DNA from: Alphaproteobacteria bacterium
Lineage (GTDB): Bacteria; Bacteroidota; Bacteroidia; Bacteroidales; FEN-979
DNA length: 24,000 nt
Reading direction: 5' to 3'
Assembly: GCA_009928665.1 (NCBI GenBank)
Contig: SACF01000039.1
Location: forward strand, 1 to 24,000
Shown in pieces: positions 1 through 7,560 of this stretch. The notes under the pieces were generated by a model that saw nothing but the letters and a program-made list of their open reading frames with translations, was not told the DNA's origin and searched no databases. The position numbers and the translations under genes were made by a program. Numbering within the stretch: position 1 is the first letter of the stretch; every line of letters starts with the position of its first letter.

Positions 1-69
1 GTGTACCTCAATTCGACGCTCTTCGACTTCGGGTTCACGGGCGGACTGATCTTCAGGATCGGACGGTAA
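1..69 (+). CDS. 3' end of an unidentified CDS entering from the left edge (partial)
   Basis: Frame 1 is open from nt 1 to TAA at 67-69 (...GGLIFRIGR*). A hairpin plus T-tract follows 14 nt later. Too short to assign a product. Confidence 0.3.
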   Translation: MYLNSTLFDFGFTGGLIFRIGR

Positions 70-82
70 ATGCCGGGATCCC

Positions 83-110
83 GTCATCCGCCCGGCCGGA
101 TGACTTTTGC
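83..110 (+). terminator. Rho-independent terminator candidate
   Basis: Perfect 8-bp stem GTCATCCG (83-90) / CGGATGAC (97-104) with a 6-nt loop, followed by TTTTGC (105-110). Confidence 0.6.
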
Positions 111-205
111 TTACCGAAACCGGTTTCCCGCCATGACAACAGCTGCATGAATTGCAGTACGGCCGGGAGCCCCGACGACATCACACGTTGTAAAACCGCT
201 CCAGC

Positions 206-1036
206 ATGGAACAGCTTTTCGCCATATCACGGTTCGGTTGTCAGGATGTAAGGGAACATTCCTCCAAATACAACGGGCTTCATGTTCACGACTACGAAGA
301 GCTGATGATCGGCCAGGGCGGCGAGATTGAACATGTTATCGACTTCCGGTCGAAACTCCTGCCTGCCCCCTTTGTCAGCTTCATCGCGCAGGGTAAATCC
401 CACCTGGTTAAACCCATGATCCGTGAAGGTTTGTGTGATATCTGGGTGATTAACTTCAAAAGCGAATTCATTCCCGAAACCATTTTTCAGCTTTACGCCT
501 ACTACCACGACCATGCCGACATGACCCTGGAACACGACCCCGCCTTCGCCCGGATGGGAACCCTCTGCCAGATGATGTTTGACGAAATGCAACAGCCCAT
601 CCCTGAACTCCCGGTGATCAAAAACCTGCTGAATACCCTCTTCGCCATGATCGAATCGGAACGGAGAAAACGGTTCCCCGGTGAAACCGTGGCCCGGACC
701 ACGCAAAACACCACCTTTAAAAACTTCCTGAAAATTTTAGAGGACAATTTCCGGCGGCCGGAAGGGGTCGACTTTTATGCCTCAAAACTTTTCATGACCT
801 CCCGCAATCTGAACCTGATTTGCCGCAATGTTTTTCAGAAGAGCGTTTCCGAAATTATCGAGACCCGCAAACTCATCGAAGCAAAGAACCTCCTGATGCA
901 AACCGGGAAAACCGTCGCCGAGATCGGGTTTGAGCTTGGCTATAACGAAAAAGCCTATTTTACCTCGGTCTTTAAAAAGAAGACGGGCCAGACGCCTACC
1001 GAGTTCCGGGAAGAGATGGCGAAACTCATTTCCTGA
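206..1036 (+). CDS. AraC family transcriptional regulator
   Basis: 276-aa ORF. The C-terminal double helix-turn-helix is typical of AraC/XylS (FYASKLFMTSRNLNLICRNVF...TVAEIGFELGYNEKAYFTSVFKKKTGQTPTEFR). The N-terminal part is cupin-like. Confidence 0.9.
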   Translation: MEQLFAISRFGCQDVREHSSKYNGLHVHDYEELMIGQGGEIEHVIDFRSKLLPAPFVSFIAQGKSHLVKPMIREGLCDIWVINFKSEFIPETIFQLYAYYHDHADMTLEHDPAFARMGTLCQMMFDEMQQPIPELPVIKNLLNTLFAMIESERRKRFPGETVARTTQNTTFKNFLKILEDNFRRPEGVDFYASKLFMTSRNLNLICRNVFQKSVSEIIETRKLIEAKNLLMQTGKTVAEIGFELGYNEKAYFTSVFKKKTGQTPTEFREEMAKLIS

Positions 1037-1244
1037 TTTCACAACACATTTACCGGTTTCTGTTACCGGTCCGCGATCGGGCAGCAGTACTTTTGCCGTC
1101 GTAAAATCCTGTCCCCGGCCTGCATGCTTTGACACGATTCCGGTTCCGGGATACGCCATGCAGCGTTACGATGAGCGCGACAGGAGTGTACTACAGGAAC
1201 AACCGGATTTTAAATCCGGCAACCTGTTTTCAAATCCGAATCAC

Positions 1245-2078
1245 ATGAATGCGAACGTTAGCATCGATCATAACACCCACGCCGACCCCGGTGTCAGAAT
1301 GCCCGTTCTGTTTGTGGGGCACGGATCCCCGATGAACGCCCTTGAAGAGAATGAATTTGTTGAGGGATGGAAAAAAATCGCCGGAGTCATACCCCGACCC
1401 GCGGCCATTCTCTGTATTTCGGCCCACTGGGAAACCCGGGGCACCTTTGTCACCGCGATGAAGCAGCCCCGCACCCTGCACGATTTCGGAGGATTTCCGT
1501 GCGAATTGTTCAACGTTCAATACCCCGCCCCCGGCGCTCCGGAAATTGCCGCGGAAACCCGTGAAATGGTCGTGAAAACCAATATCGGAGCCGACGATCA
1601 CTGGGGACTCGACCACGGGTGCTGGAGCGTACTGTGCCGGATGTATCCCGCCGCCGACATCCCCGTGTTTCAGCTCAGCCTCGACTACACGCAGCCAGCC
1701 CGGTATCACTTTGAACTCGCGAAAGAACTTTCGGCGCTCCGGAAAAAAGGGGTGCTGATCCTCGGCAGCGGCAATATGGTCCACAACCTCCGGCTGATCG
1801 ACTGGAACCGGATGCAGGAACCGGGATTCGGCTACGACTGGGCCATCGAGGCCGGCGAAAAGATGAAAACGCTCATTCACGACGGCAATTTCGAAGCCCT
1901 GATCAACTATTCCTCATTGGGAAAAGCATTCGACCTGGCCATCCCCTCGCCCGAACATTTCCTGCCGCTGCTCTACACCCTGGCCCTGAAAGAACCGGAT
2001 GAGGACGTCAGTTTCTTTAACGACCGGCCGGTCATGGGCTCCATGACCATGACCTCAGCCCTGATCGGATCACCATAA
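1245..2078 (+). CDS. ygiD: 4,5-DOPA dioxygenase extradiol (YgiD/DODA family, class III extradiol dioxygenase)
   Basis: Collinear with E. coli YgiD as I recall it: MPVLFVGHGSPMNALE, ISAHWETRGTFVTAM, TLHDFGGFP, YPAPGAPE, GLDHGCWSVL, MYPAADIPVFQLSLD, GSGNMVHNL, PEHFLPLLY. The start is uncertain. ATG 1245 or ATG 1299 fit the family length; the track start at 930 overlaps the AraC gene. Confidence 0.9.
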   Translation: MNANVSIDHNTHADPGVRMPVLFVGHGSPMNALEENEFVEGWKKIAGVIPRPAAILCISAHWETRGTFVTAMKQPRTLHDFGGFPCELFNVQYPAPGAPEIAAETREMVVKTNIGADDHWGLDHGCWSVLCRMYPAADIPVFQLSLDYTQPARYHFELAKELSALRKKGVLILGSGNMVHNLRLIDWNRMQEPGFGYDWAIEAGEKMKTLIHDGNFEALINYSSLGKAFDLAIPSPEHFLPLLYTLALKEPDEDVSFFNDRPVMGSMTMTSALIGSP

Positions 2079-2092
2079 CGGCAGGTACCATC

Positions 2093-2902
2093 CTATTTGC
2101 CCGCCCGCGCCAGTTTCAGAATGCGAACAGCGCCCCGGATCACGATGCCGAATACCATCAGCCCGATTACCAGGTCGGGGATCTTCGAACCCGTCAGCCA
2201 GACCAGAACACCGGCGCCGATCACACCGGCATTCACGATCACATCATTCGAGGTAAAAATCATGCTTGCCTGCATGTGCGATTCCCGGCTCCTGCTTTTC
2301 TGCAGCAACAACAAACAAAGTACATTCCCTGCAAGAGCAAGCGCCGAAATGAGGATCATGGTCTGAAAGGAGGGTACCGGCCCGGCGCTGATAAACCGGC
2401 GTATCACCTCCATAAAACCTGCAACCGCAAGGGTCATCTGAAAATAGCCGCTGATCCGGGCCACGCTGTTTTTCCGGGCCAGCGTGCCTCCCACAGCATG
2501 CAGGGCAAGCCCGTAAACAAGGGCGTCGGCAAGCATATCCAGACTGTCGGCAACCAGTCCCATCGAATGGGCCAGCAAACCGGTCAATACCTCAAGCACG
2601 AAAAAGAAGAGGTTGATTGCAAGCACCTGCCACAACAGCCTGCGCTGCAGCCCGGAACCCTCCTCCGTGTCAAACCCATCAGCCTGAACGCTCCCTTCAA
2701 AACGGGTGTCGAAATCCAGGCTGTTAAGGCGTTCCAGGATCACCGCGTGGTCGCCCGCGTGATAAACGGTCAGCGTCCTGCGGGGAATATCAAATTCGAG
2801 GGATTGAATGGCGGTCAGATCCTGCAGCTTCATGCGGATTATCTGCTCTTCCGAAGGACAATCCATCTTATGAATAAAAAATTTCGATTTTTTCATGGTC
2901 AT
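2093..2902 (-). CDS. Cation diffusion facilitator (CDF) metal exporter with an N-terminal HMA-like domain and no C-terminal cytoplasmic domain
   Basis: N-terminus FFIHKMDCPSEEQIIRMKL...LTVYH resembles a single-Cys heavy-metal-associated fold. It is followed by the CDF TM1-TM2 signature LLAHSMGLVADSLDMLADALVYG and later MIFTSNDVIVNAGVI. About 6 TM helices, and the protein ends right after the last one. Confidence 0.85.
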   Translation of the reverse strand: MTMKKSKFFIHKMDCPSEEQIIRMKLQDLTAIQSLEFDIPRRTLTVYHAGDHAVILERLNSLDFDTRFEGSVQADGFDTEEGSGLQRRLLWQVLAINLFFFVLEVLTGLLAHSMGLVADSLDMLADALVYGLALHAVGGTLARKNSVARISGYFQMTLAVAGFMEVIRRFISAGPVPSFQTMILISALALAGNVLCLLLLQKSRSRESHMQASMIFTSNDVIVNAGVIGAGVLVWLTGSKIPDLVIGLMVFGIVIRGAVRILKLARAGK

Positions 2903-2911
2903 TGAAAAATC

Positions 2912-2929
2912 TATCGTATATTTGCGATA
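2912..2929 (+). promoter_or_regulatory. Candidate -7 promoter box flanked by a short inverted repeat (possible ArsR operator)
   Basis: TATATTTG (2917-2924) matches the Bacteroidetes -7 consensus TAnnTTTG, 16 nt upstream of the ArsR ATG (2940). It is bracketed by TATCG (2912-2916) / CGATA (2925-2929). The divergent control region is only 37 bp. Confidence 0.35.
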
Positions 2930-2939
2930 AACAATTAAT

Positions 2940-3272
2940 ATGGCCTACAAAAGTACAAATTATAACGAGGATGAGGTGCGGCTTGCCCGGTTTGCAAAGG
3001 CTATGGGGCATCCTGCGCGGATTGCCATCCTGAAATTGCTCACCTCGATGGATACCTGTTTCTGCGGTGATATCGTGGAGGAGCTGCCCATTGCCCAGGC
3101 TACGGTATCGCAGCACCTGAAAGAACTTAAAGATTCCGGGTTGATCCACGGGTCGGTTGAACCGCCTAAAATCAGGTACTGTATCGATCCCGAAAACTGG
3201 CAAAGGGCACGGGAGCTGTTCCACGACTTCTGGGAGTATCCCGGTTTTTCACCATCAATAGATAAAAAATGA
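2940..3272 (+). CDS. ArsR/SmtB family metalloregulatory transcriptional repressor
   Basis: 110 aa. Winged HTH ([11 protein letters not shown]...[19 protein letters not shown]). A C-x-C pair, DTCFCGD (Cys40 at nt 3057-3059, Cys42 at nt 3063-3065), sits where the ArsR alpha-3 ELCVCDL metalloid site lies. Confidence 0.9.
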   Translation: MAYKSTNYNEDEVRLARFAKAMGHPARIAILKLLTSMDTCFCGDIVEELPIAQATVSQHLKELKDSGLIHGSVEPPKIRYCIDPENWQRARELFHDFWEYPGFSPSIDKK

Positions 3273-3329
3273 TACGGCCTATAGTCCCTGGTTCGCTGCC
3301 CTAAACGAAAAACACGTAACCGCTTAAAA

Positions 3330-4370
3330 ATGACCAATTCTGACTACATTACCGGAACCTACACCTTGGGCGACCTGGAAATCCCGCGGGTTGATACCCG
3401 TTGGAGCGCAACCGACCTTTGGGGAACTTTGAAGGTTCGCTGGTCGTTCGGCCGGATGGATTACAAAGTGAAACCGGGTCTCTATGCCGTGGGATCACCC
3501 GACCGCCAATCGCTGGTCTTTGTATCGGCCAACTACAAACTGAGTTTCGATCACCTGCGCCGGGCGCTGGAGGGCATGAACGCCTGGATTCTCGTCATCA
3601 ATACCCGGGGGATCAACGTGTGGTGCGCGGCAGGCAAAGGGATCTTCAGCACCAAAGAAGTCGTCCGCCGGATCCGGATTGACCACCTCGACCAGGTCGT
3701 CGATCACCGCAGGCTGATCCTGCCGCAGTTGAGCGCAACCGGCGTTGCTGCCCACCAGGTTCAAAAGATGACCGGCTTTTCAGTCATATTCGGTCCGGTC
3801 AAAGCCGCCGATATCAAAGCATTCGTCGAATCCGGCCTGAAAGCAACGGAACCGATGCGAACGGTGACCTTTCCGCTGAAGGAGCGGCTGAAGGTGATCC
3901 CCGTCGACATTTTTTACGGAACCCATTATCTGATCCTTATCCCGGCGCTTTTCTTCTTCCTTTCCGGATTATCCTCCGGTGGATATTCCTTCGACCGGAC
4001 GCTTCAGCACGGATGGAATCCTGTGGTCAACCTCTTCGCCGGCTACCTGACCGGCTGTGTCGTGACCCCGGCCCTGCTGCCATGGATACCCTTCCGCAGG
4101 TTTTCGTTAAAAGGTCTCCTGATGGGATTTCTTACAGCCACACTGCTTCTCATTACCGGATCCTTCGGAACAAACCCGCTGGAGATCCTTGCCTGGTTTC
4201 TGATGACCGCCGGCCTCTCTTCGTTCATGGCGATGAATTTTACCGGATCGTCGACCTTTACCTCTATTTCGGGTGTTCAGAAGGAGATGAAAGTGGCGCT
4301 TCCCGTTCAGATCGCCCTGGTCGCAGTGGGACTGGCCCTTTGGATTGCCTCACTTTTTATAACTTTGTAA
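3330..4370 (+). CDS. hgcA: HgcA, corrinoid protein of the mercury-methylation pair
   Basis: 346 aa. N-terminal corrinoid-binding domain with cap-helix motif GINVWCAAGKG (N96-K103, nt 3615-3638; Cys99 at 3624-3626), matching the N(V/I)WCA(A/G)GK signature. Also PGLYAVGSP and VSANYKLSFD. The C-terminal half has 5 predicted TM helices. Confidence 0.9.
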   Translation: MTNSDYITGTYTLGDLEIPRVDTRWSATDLWGTLKVRWSFGRMDYKVKPGLYAVGSPDRQSLVFVSANYKLSFDHLRRALEGMNAWILVINTRGINVWCAAGKGIFSTKEVVRRIRIDHLDQVVDHRRLILPQLSATGVAAHQVQKMTGFSVIFGPVKAADIKAFVESGLKATEPMRTVTFPLKERLKVIPVDIFYGTHYLILIPALFFFLSGLSSGGYSFDRTLQHGWNPVVNLFAGYLTGCVVTPALLPWIPFRRFSLKGLLMGFLTATLLLITGSFGTNPLEILAWFLMTAGLSSFMAMNFTGSSTFTSISGVQKEMKVALPVQIALVAVGLALWIASLFITL

Positions 4371-4371
4371 C

Positions 4372-4668
4372 ATGAATGGATTTGTTTATCTCCCCGATGT
4401 AGTGACCCTGGAGCTGGATGCCGCAAAATGCAACGGTTGCCGGATGTGTACCCGGGTCTGCCCGCACGCCGTTTTCGAAATCAGAGACCGCAAGGCTTTC
4501 ATCCGGAACCGTGATCACTGCATGGAATGCGGAGCCTGCGCGCTGAACTGTGTCACGGGCGCCATCACCGTCAGGTCGGGCGTGGGTTGTGCAGCCGGAA
4601 TCCTCAACGGGTTGATCCGGGGCACCGAACCCACCTGTGACTGCAGCAGCAGCGGGAGTTGTTGCTGA
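4372..4668 (+). CDS. hgcB: HgcB, 2x[4Fe-4S] ferredoxin partner of HgcA
   Basis: 98 aa, starting 1 nt after the hgcA stop. Two CX2CX2CX3CP-type clusters (CNGCRMCTRVCP, CMECGACALNC). Conserved internal Cys in GVGCAAG and a terminal vicinal Cys-Cys (nt 4660-4665). Confidence 0.9.
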   Translation: MNGFVYLPDVVTLELDAAKCNGCRMCTRVCPHAVFEIRDRKAFIRNRDHCMECGACALNCVTGAITVRSGVGCAAGILNGLIRGTEPTCDCSSSGSCC

Positions 4669-4694
4669 ATCCTTTGTTAACCTTTAACTTCAGA

Positions 4695-5288
4695 ATGATC
4701 ATGAAAAATTCCATTGGTCCGAAACCCCTCTTGTTAACCAATCCCGTGCTGATCGTCGGTTCCTATGATCCGTCGGGAAAGCCGAACGCGATGAATGCCG
4801 CCTGGGGCGGAATTGCCAACTCCAATCCCCCTTGTGTCTCGGTTTCGCTGAGAAAAGCTACTTACACCCACGGCAATATTATGAATCGCAAGGCTTTCAC
4901 CATCAGCATCCCTTCTGAAAAATATGTCAAAGAGGCCGATTATTTCGGGATGAAATCAGGAAAGGATACGGATAAATTTGAGAGCGCCCGGCTCACGCCC
5001 GTCCGAAGCGAAAAGGTGGATGCCCCATACGTCGGAGAATTTCCGGTGGTTCTTGAGTGTACCCTCTTACATTACCTGGAACTCGGGTCGCATACCCATT
5101 TTATCGGTGAAATTGTGGATATCAAAGTCGACGAAGAATGCATCAACGAAGCCGGGTTGCCCGATATCACAAAAGTGTTACCGTTTTGTTTCGACCTTTC
5201 GAGCCGTTCTTACTATGGTATCGGGAAGAAGCTGGATAAAGCCTTTGACCCTTCCGTCCTGCAGACTTTCGCAACAGGAGCCCGCTAA
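4695..5288 (+). CDS. Flavin reductase-like / flavoredoxin family FMN-binding protein
   Basis: Split-barrel flavin reductase-like pattern (PVLIVGSYDPSGKPNAMNAAWGG...CVSVSLRK..TYTH.NI...KAFTISIP...FGMKSGKD.DKF). ATG 4695 (or 4701) is preferred over the TTG at 4659, which overlaps hgcB. It lies 26 nt after the hgcB stop on the same strand. Confidence 0.8.
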   Translation: MIMKNSIGPKPLLLTNPVLIVGSYDPSGKPNAMNAAWGGIANSNPPCVSVSLRKATYTHGNIMNRKAFTISIPSEKYVKEADYFGMKSGKDTDKFESARLTPVRSEKVDAPYVGEFPVVLECTLLHYLELGSHTHFIGEIVDIKVDEECINEAGLPDITKVLPFCFDLSSRSYYGIGKKLDKAFDPSVLQTFATGAR

Positions 5289-5304
5289 GCCTACTGCGCG
5301 GGGA

Positions 5305-6786
5305 TCAGGATTTAAATTCCTGTTTTTTCTTCCTGCAGATCAGTTGCACTGCCCATTTGCCGGTCTGCGCCGAGGGGGGAAGTCCTCCGCCCGGCACCAG
5401 CCACTGTCCGGCCATGTAGAAATTCCGCAGGCCGGGAAGCTGCATTTTCAACGATTTCATCATGTTTTCCCGCGTGGGCATAAACCCTTCATAAGCCCCG
5501 TTCCGGACCCCGGTGAAACGTACATCCGTTTTCGGCGTTGCCACATCGGTGGCCTCGATAAATCCACTAATCCCCGGGTAGATGGTCTCGAGACAGGCCG
5601 TTGCATCCTTCAGGATCTGCTCTTTTTCAGCCCGGTAGGCATCGCCTTCCAGATCTTTCCACAAATCCCATTGAGTTTCAAATCGCATGACCATCGTGGT
5701 TTTTCCTTCCGGGGCCATGGTGCTGTCGTACGAATAGTTCATCAGCGAATAGCCGAATTCGAGCCGCGTGCTCCCGATCGACATCCCCTTCGTGAAGTTC
5801 AGGACAATCGGCGCTTCCGATAAAACTTCGCGCCCGATGCCAAACGAGACCTGGACAAGCGGTGGAAAGAGTTCCCAGTTTTTATGGGCATGGTCGAAGG
5901 CCTTGGTCACGTATTTCCCGCCGAGCATGCTGTAGATCGTCGAATAGCCGTCGGCCGCGCTGATCACGTAATCAGCCGCGATTGAGGTCCCGTCGGCCAG
6001 AACCACACCCCGGACCATACCGTTTTCCACGGTAATTTTTTCGACCCGCTTCCGGTATGAGATTGCGCCTCCCAGCGAGGTGAACCGTTCCACCATCCGC
6101 TGTGCCAGGGGATACGAGCCTCCTTTGATGTATCCTGCATTTTTCTGGTTGAACCAGGCCAGCATGAAAATAAAGGCCATCGCCGAAAAATTTCGCTCCC
6201 CGTACATCGTGTAGAGGGCTGACCGGATCCTGGGACTTTTGAAATGCAGCCGGTCGAAATACTCCCGGCAGGTCAGCCTTCCGTATTTTCTCACGACCTG
6301 GAAGAGGGGGAAGAATTTGGGCATAATGCGGATGTAATCGAGCGGGCTCCGCAACTCCGGCGGCAGGGCAAAAGGTTCGAGAAAGGCGCTCTTTCGCATG
6401 GTTTTGCACATCCTGCGGATCGGGACCTCATCTTCGGGGGCGATCCCGAGAAGATACCGCTCCCACCGGTCGATATCGGCATAGATGATAAAGGTATTCC
6501 CCTCCCCGTCGATGATCTGCGAATGAATCTCATGGTCAATGATCTCGGTCCGGTCGTTCAGCACGTTGGTCTCTTTCCAGATGTCGTGAAAGGCCCCTTT
6601 GGAAGTGCCAACCAGCCAGTGCAGGCAATAATCAAAACGGAACCGGTTGCGCTCCCAGGCAGTACACTGTCCGCCTGCCACCGAATGCATCTCGAGGATT
6701 TCTGTATCAAACCCGTTTTTCGCGGCATAGATTCCGGCAGATAAGCCTGCCACGCCACCGCCGATAATCACAACTTTTTCTTTCAT
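5305..6786 (-). CDS. NAD(P)/FAD-dependent oxidoreductase, phytoene desaturase (CrtI)-like family
   Basis: 493 aa. N-terminal Rossmann dinucleotide motif KVVIIGGGVAGLSAG...EILEMHSVAGG. Overall length and C-terminal YMAGQW..PGGGLP are typical of CrtI-like amine-oxidase-fold proteins. Confidence 0.85.
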   Translation of the reverse strand: MKEKVVIIGGGVAGLSAGIYAAKNGFDTEILEMHSVAGGQCTAWERNRFRFDYCLHWLVGTSKGAFHDIWKETNVLNDRTEIIDHEIHSQIIDGEGNTFIIYADIDRWERYLLGIAPEDEVPIRRMCKTMRKSAFLEPFALPPELRSPLDYIRIMPKFFPLFQVVRKYGRLTCREYFDRLHFKSPRIRSALYTMYGERNFSAMAFIFMLAWFNQKNAGYIKGGSYPLAQRMVERFTSLGGAISYRKRVEKITVENGMVRGVVLADGTSIAADYVISAADGYSTIYSMLGGKYVTKAFDHAHKNWELFPPLVQVSFGIGREVLSEAPIVLNFTKGMSIGSTRLEFGYSLMNYSYDSTMAPEGKTTMVMRFETQWDLWKDLEGDAYRAEKEQILKDATACLETIYPGISGFIEATDVATPKTDVRFTGVRNGAYEGFMPTRENMMKSLKMQLPGLRNFYMAGQWLVPGGGLPPSAQTGKWAVQLICRKKKQEFKS

Positions 6787-6833
6787 ATGCTTAGAGTCGA
6801 TGTAAATTTAACTTTTCAGGAGAAAAACCTTCT

Positions 6834-6870
6834 ATTTACGATTGAACATGATTTACAATTTACGAATGAA
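6834..6870. repeat. Direct repeat ATTTACGA(T/A)TGAA x2, with a third ATTTAC between them
   Basis: 6834-6846 ATTTACGATTGAA and 6858-6870 ATTTACGAATGAA (12/13 identical, 24-nt period), plus ATTTACA at 6851-6857. Located 48-84 nt upstream of the oxidoreductase start (6786). Confidence 0.3.
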
Positions 6871-6877
6871 TCCAGAT

Positions 6878-6885
6878 CAAAAGTA
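6878..6885 (-). promoter_or_regulatory. Candidate -7 box for the FAD oxidoreductase gene
   Basis: The + strand CAAAAGTA reads TACTTTTG (TAnnTTTG) on the minus strand, about 92 nt upstream of the ATG at 6786. Chance matches to this motif are expected in AT-rich spacers. Confidence 0.25.
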
Positions 6886-6930
6886 GGAATCAATAATATA
6901 CCCGGCAACCGCGACCCGGGTGAAAAGGAA

Positions 6931-6957
6931 TAAATTTCCGATGAAAACGGAAATTTA
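6931..6957. repeat. Perfect 10-bp inverted repeat / hairpin in the divergent intergenic region
   Basis: TAAATTTCCG (6931-6940), 7-nt spacer ATGAAAA, CGGAAATTTA (6948-6957). Confidence 0.45.
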
Positions 6958-7173
6958 GCTGTTCAGGTTCGGACCGGGCGCCTGCATGATCCGTATTCAT
7001 GCCTGAACCCTCTTGTTCATTTTATCCACGCCCTTTGCCGGTATCATCAGTACGGGTTGACGCATTTCGAAAAATTGTATATTTATCCCCGGAAATCAAC
7101 GAGTAACCGGCGCATGCCGCCTTCAATTTCAATCTCTGTCTGAACAACAATCCCTGTTAATCAGAATTGACTC

Positions 7174-7560
7174 ATGAACATTCCCTTCACCCCCTCGCAG
7201 TTTTTCGGAATCATCGAAAACTACAATGAAGCCGTATTCCCCACCCAGATCCTCCAGGTGCTGACCTATTTCATCGAAAGTACCCGTCATACAACCATTG
7301 TCATGGGCCTCCCCTGCCCCACTACCATCCTGACCTTCGGCCTGCTGCTCATCGCCGGGAAAACCCTTCCGACATACCTGCTGATTATTCCGTTCCTCTG
7401 GGCGCTGGTCGGGACCACTGCTACTTTCAAATTCGGGGTCATCCCCGATTACATGCTGATCCTTGCAGCCGTCATCACGGTGATCCTCCGCTTCATCAAA
7501 AAAAGGCAGAAGGAGGCCGGTGTCGGCGAGCAAACCATCGATTATAAATCCTCAACATGA
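7174..7560 (+). CDS. DUF6064-like integral membrane protein (unusually short)
   Basis: N-terminal MNIPFTPSQFFGIIENYNEAVFPTQ and C-terminal GLPCPTTILTFGLLL...LLIIPFLWALVG resemble DUF6064 motifs as I recall them. The stop overlaps the next start (ATGA at 7557-7560). Confidence 0.55.
   Translation: MNIPFTPSQFFGIIENYNEAVFPTQILQVLTYFIESTRHTTIVMGLPCPTTILTFGLLLIAGKTLPTYLLIIPFLWALVGTTATFKFGVIPDYMLILAAVITVILRFIKKRQKEAGVGEQTIDYKSST

Noticed and set aside
930-1244. N-terminal extension of the dioxygenase ORF (track start at 930, 382 aa)
   Set aside because: The extension overlaps the 3' end of the AraC gene in another frame. It is Arg/Ser/Pro-rich and unlike YgiD-family proteins, whose conserved core begins at MPVLFVGHGSPMN. 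Starts at 1245 or 1299 fit the family length.
3330-4370. Alternative reading of the hgcA ORF as an acetyl-CoA-pathway corrinoid Fe-S protein (CFeSP) homolog
   Set aside because: Three features are specific to HgcA rather than CFeSP: the five C-terminal TM helices, the exact NVWCAAGK cap-helix motif, and the adjacent HgcB-type ferredoxin with a C-terminal CC.
4978-5823. 281-aa + strand ORF spanning the flavoredoxin 3' end and the oxidoreductase gene
   Set aside because: It is out of frame with a well-supported flavoredoxin CDS and antisense to a well-supported FAD oxidoreductase CDS. The product is Arg/Pro/Gly-rich and low-complexity, so this is a shadow ORF.
6895-6960. Possible cobalamin riboswitch (GGGTGAAAAGG-like stretch), tempting because HgcA is a corrinoid protein
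   Set aside because: Only a short loose resemblance to the GGTGAAA segment is present. I find no B12 box (…AGCCAGGAGACCTGCC…-like) or the surrounding conserved helices, and the flanking genes are not cobalamin-related.
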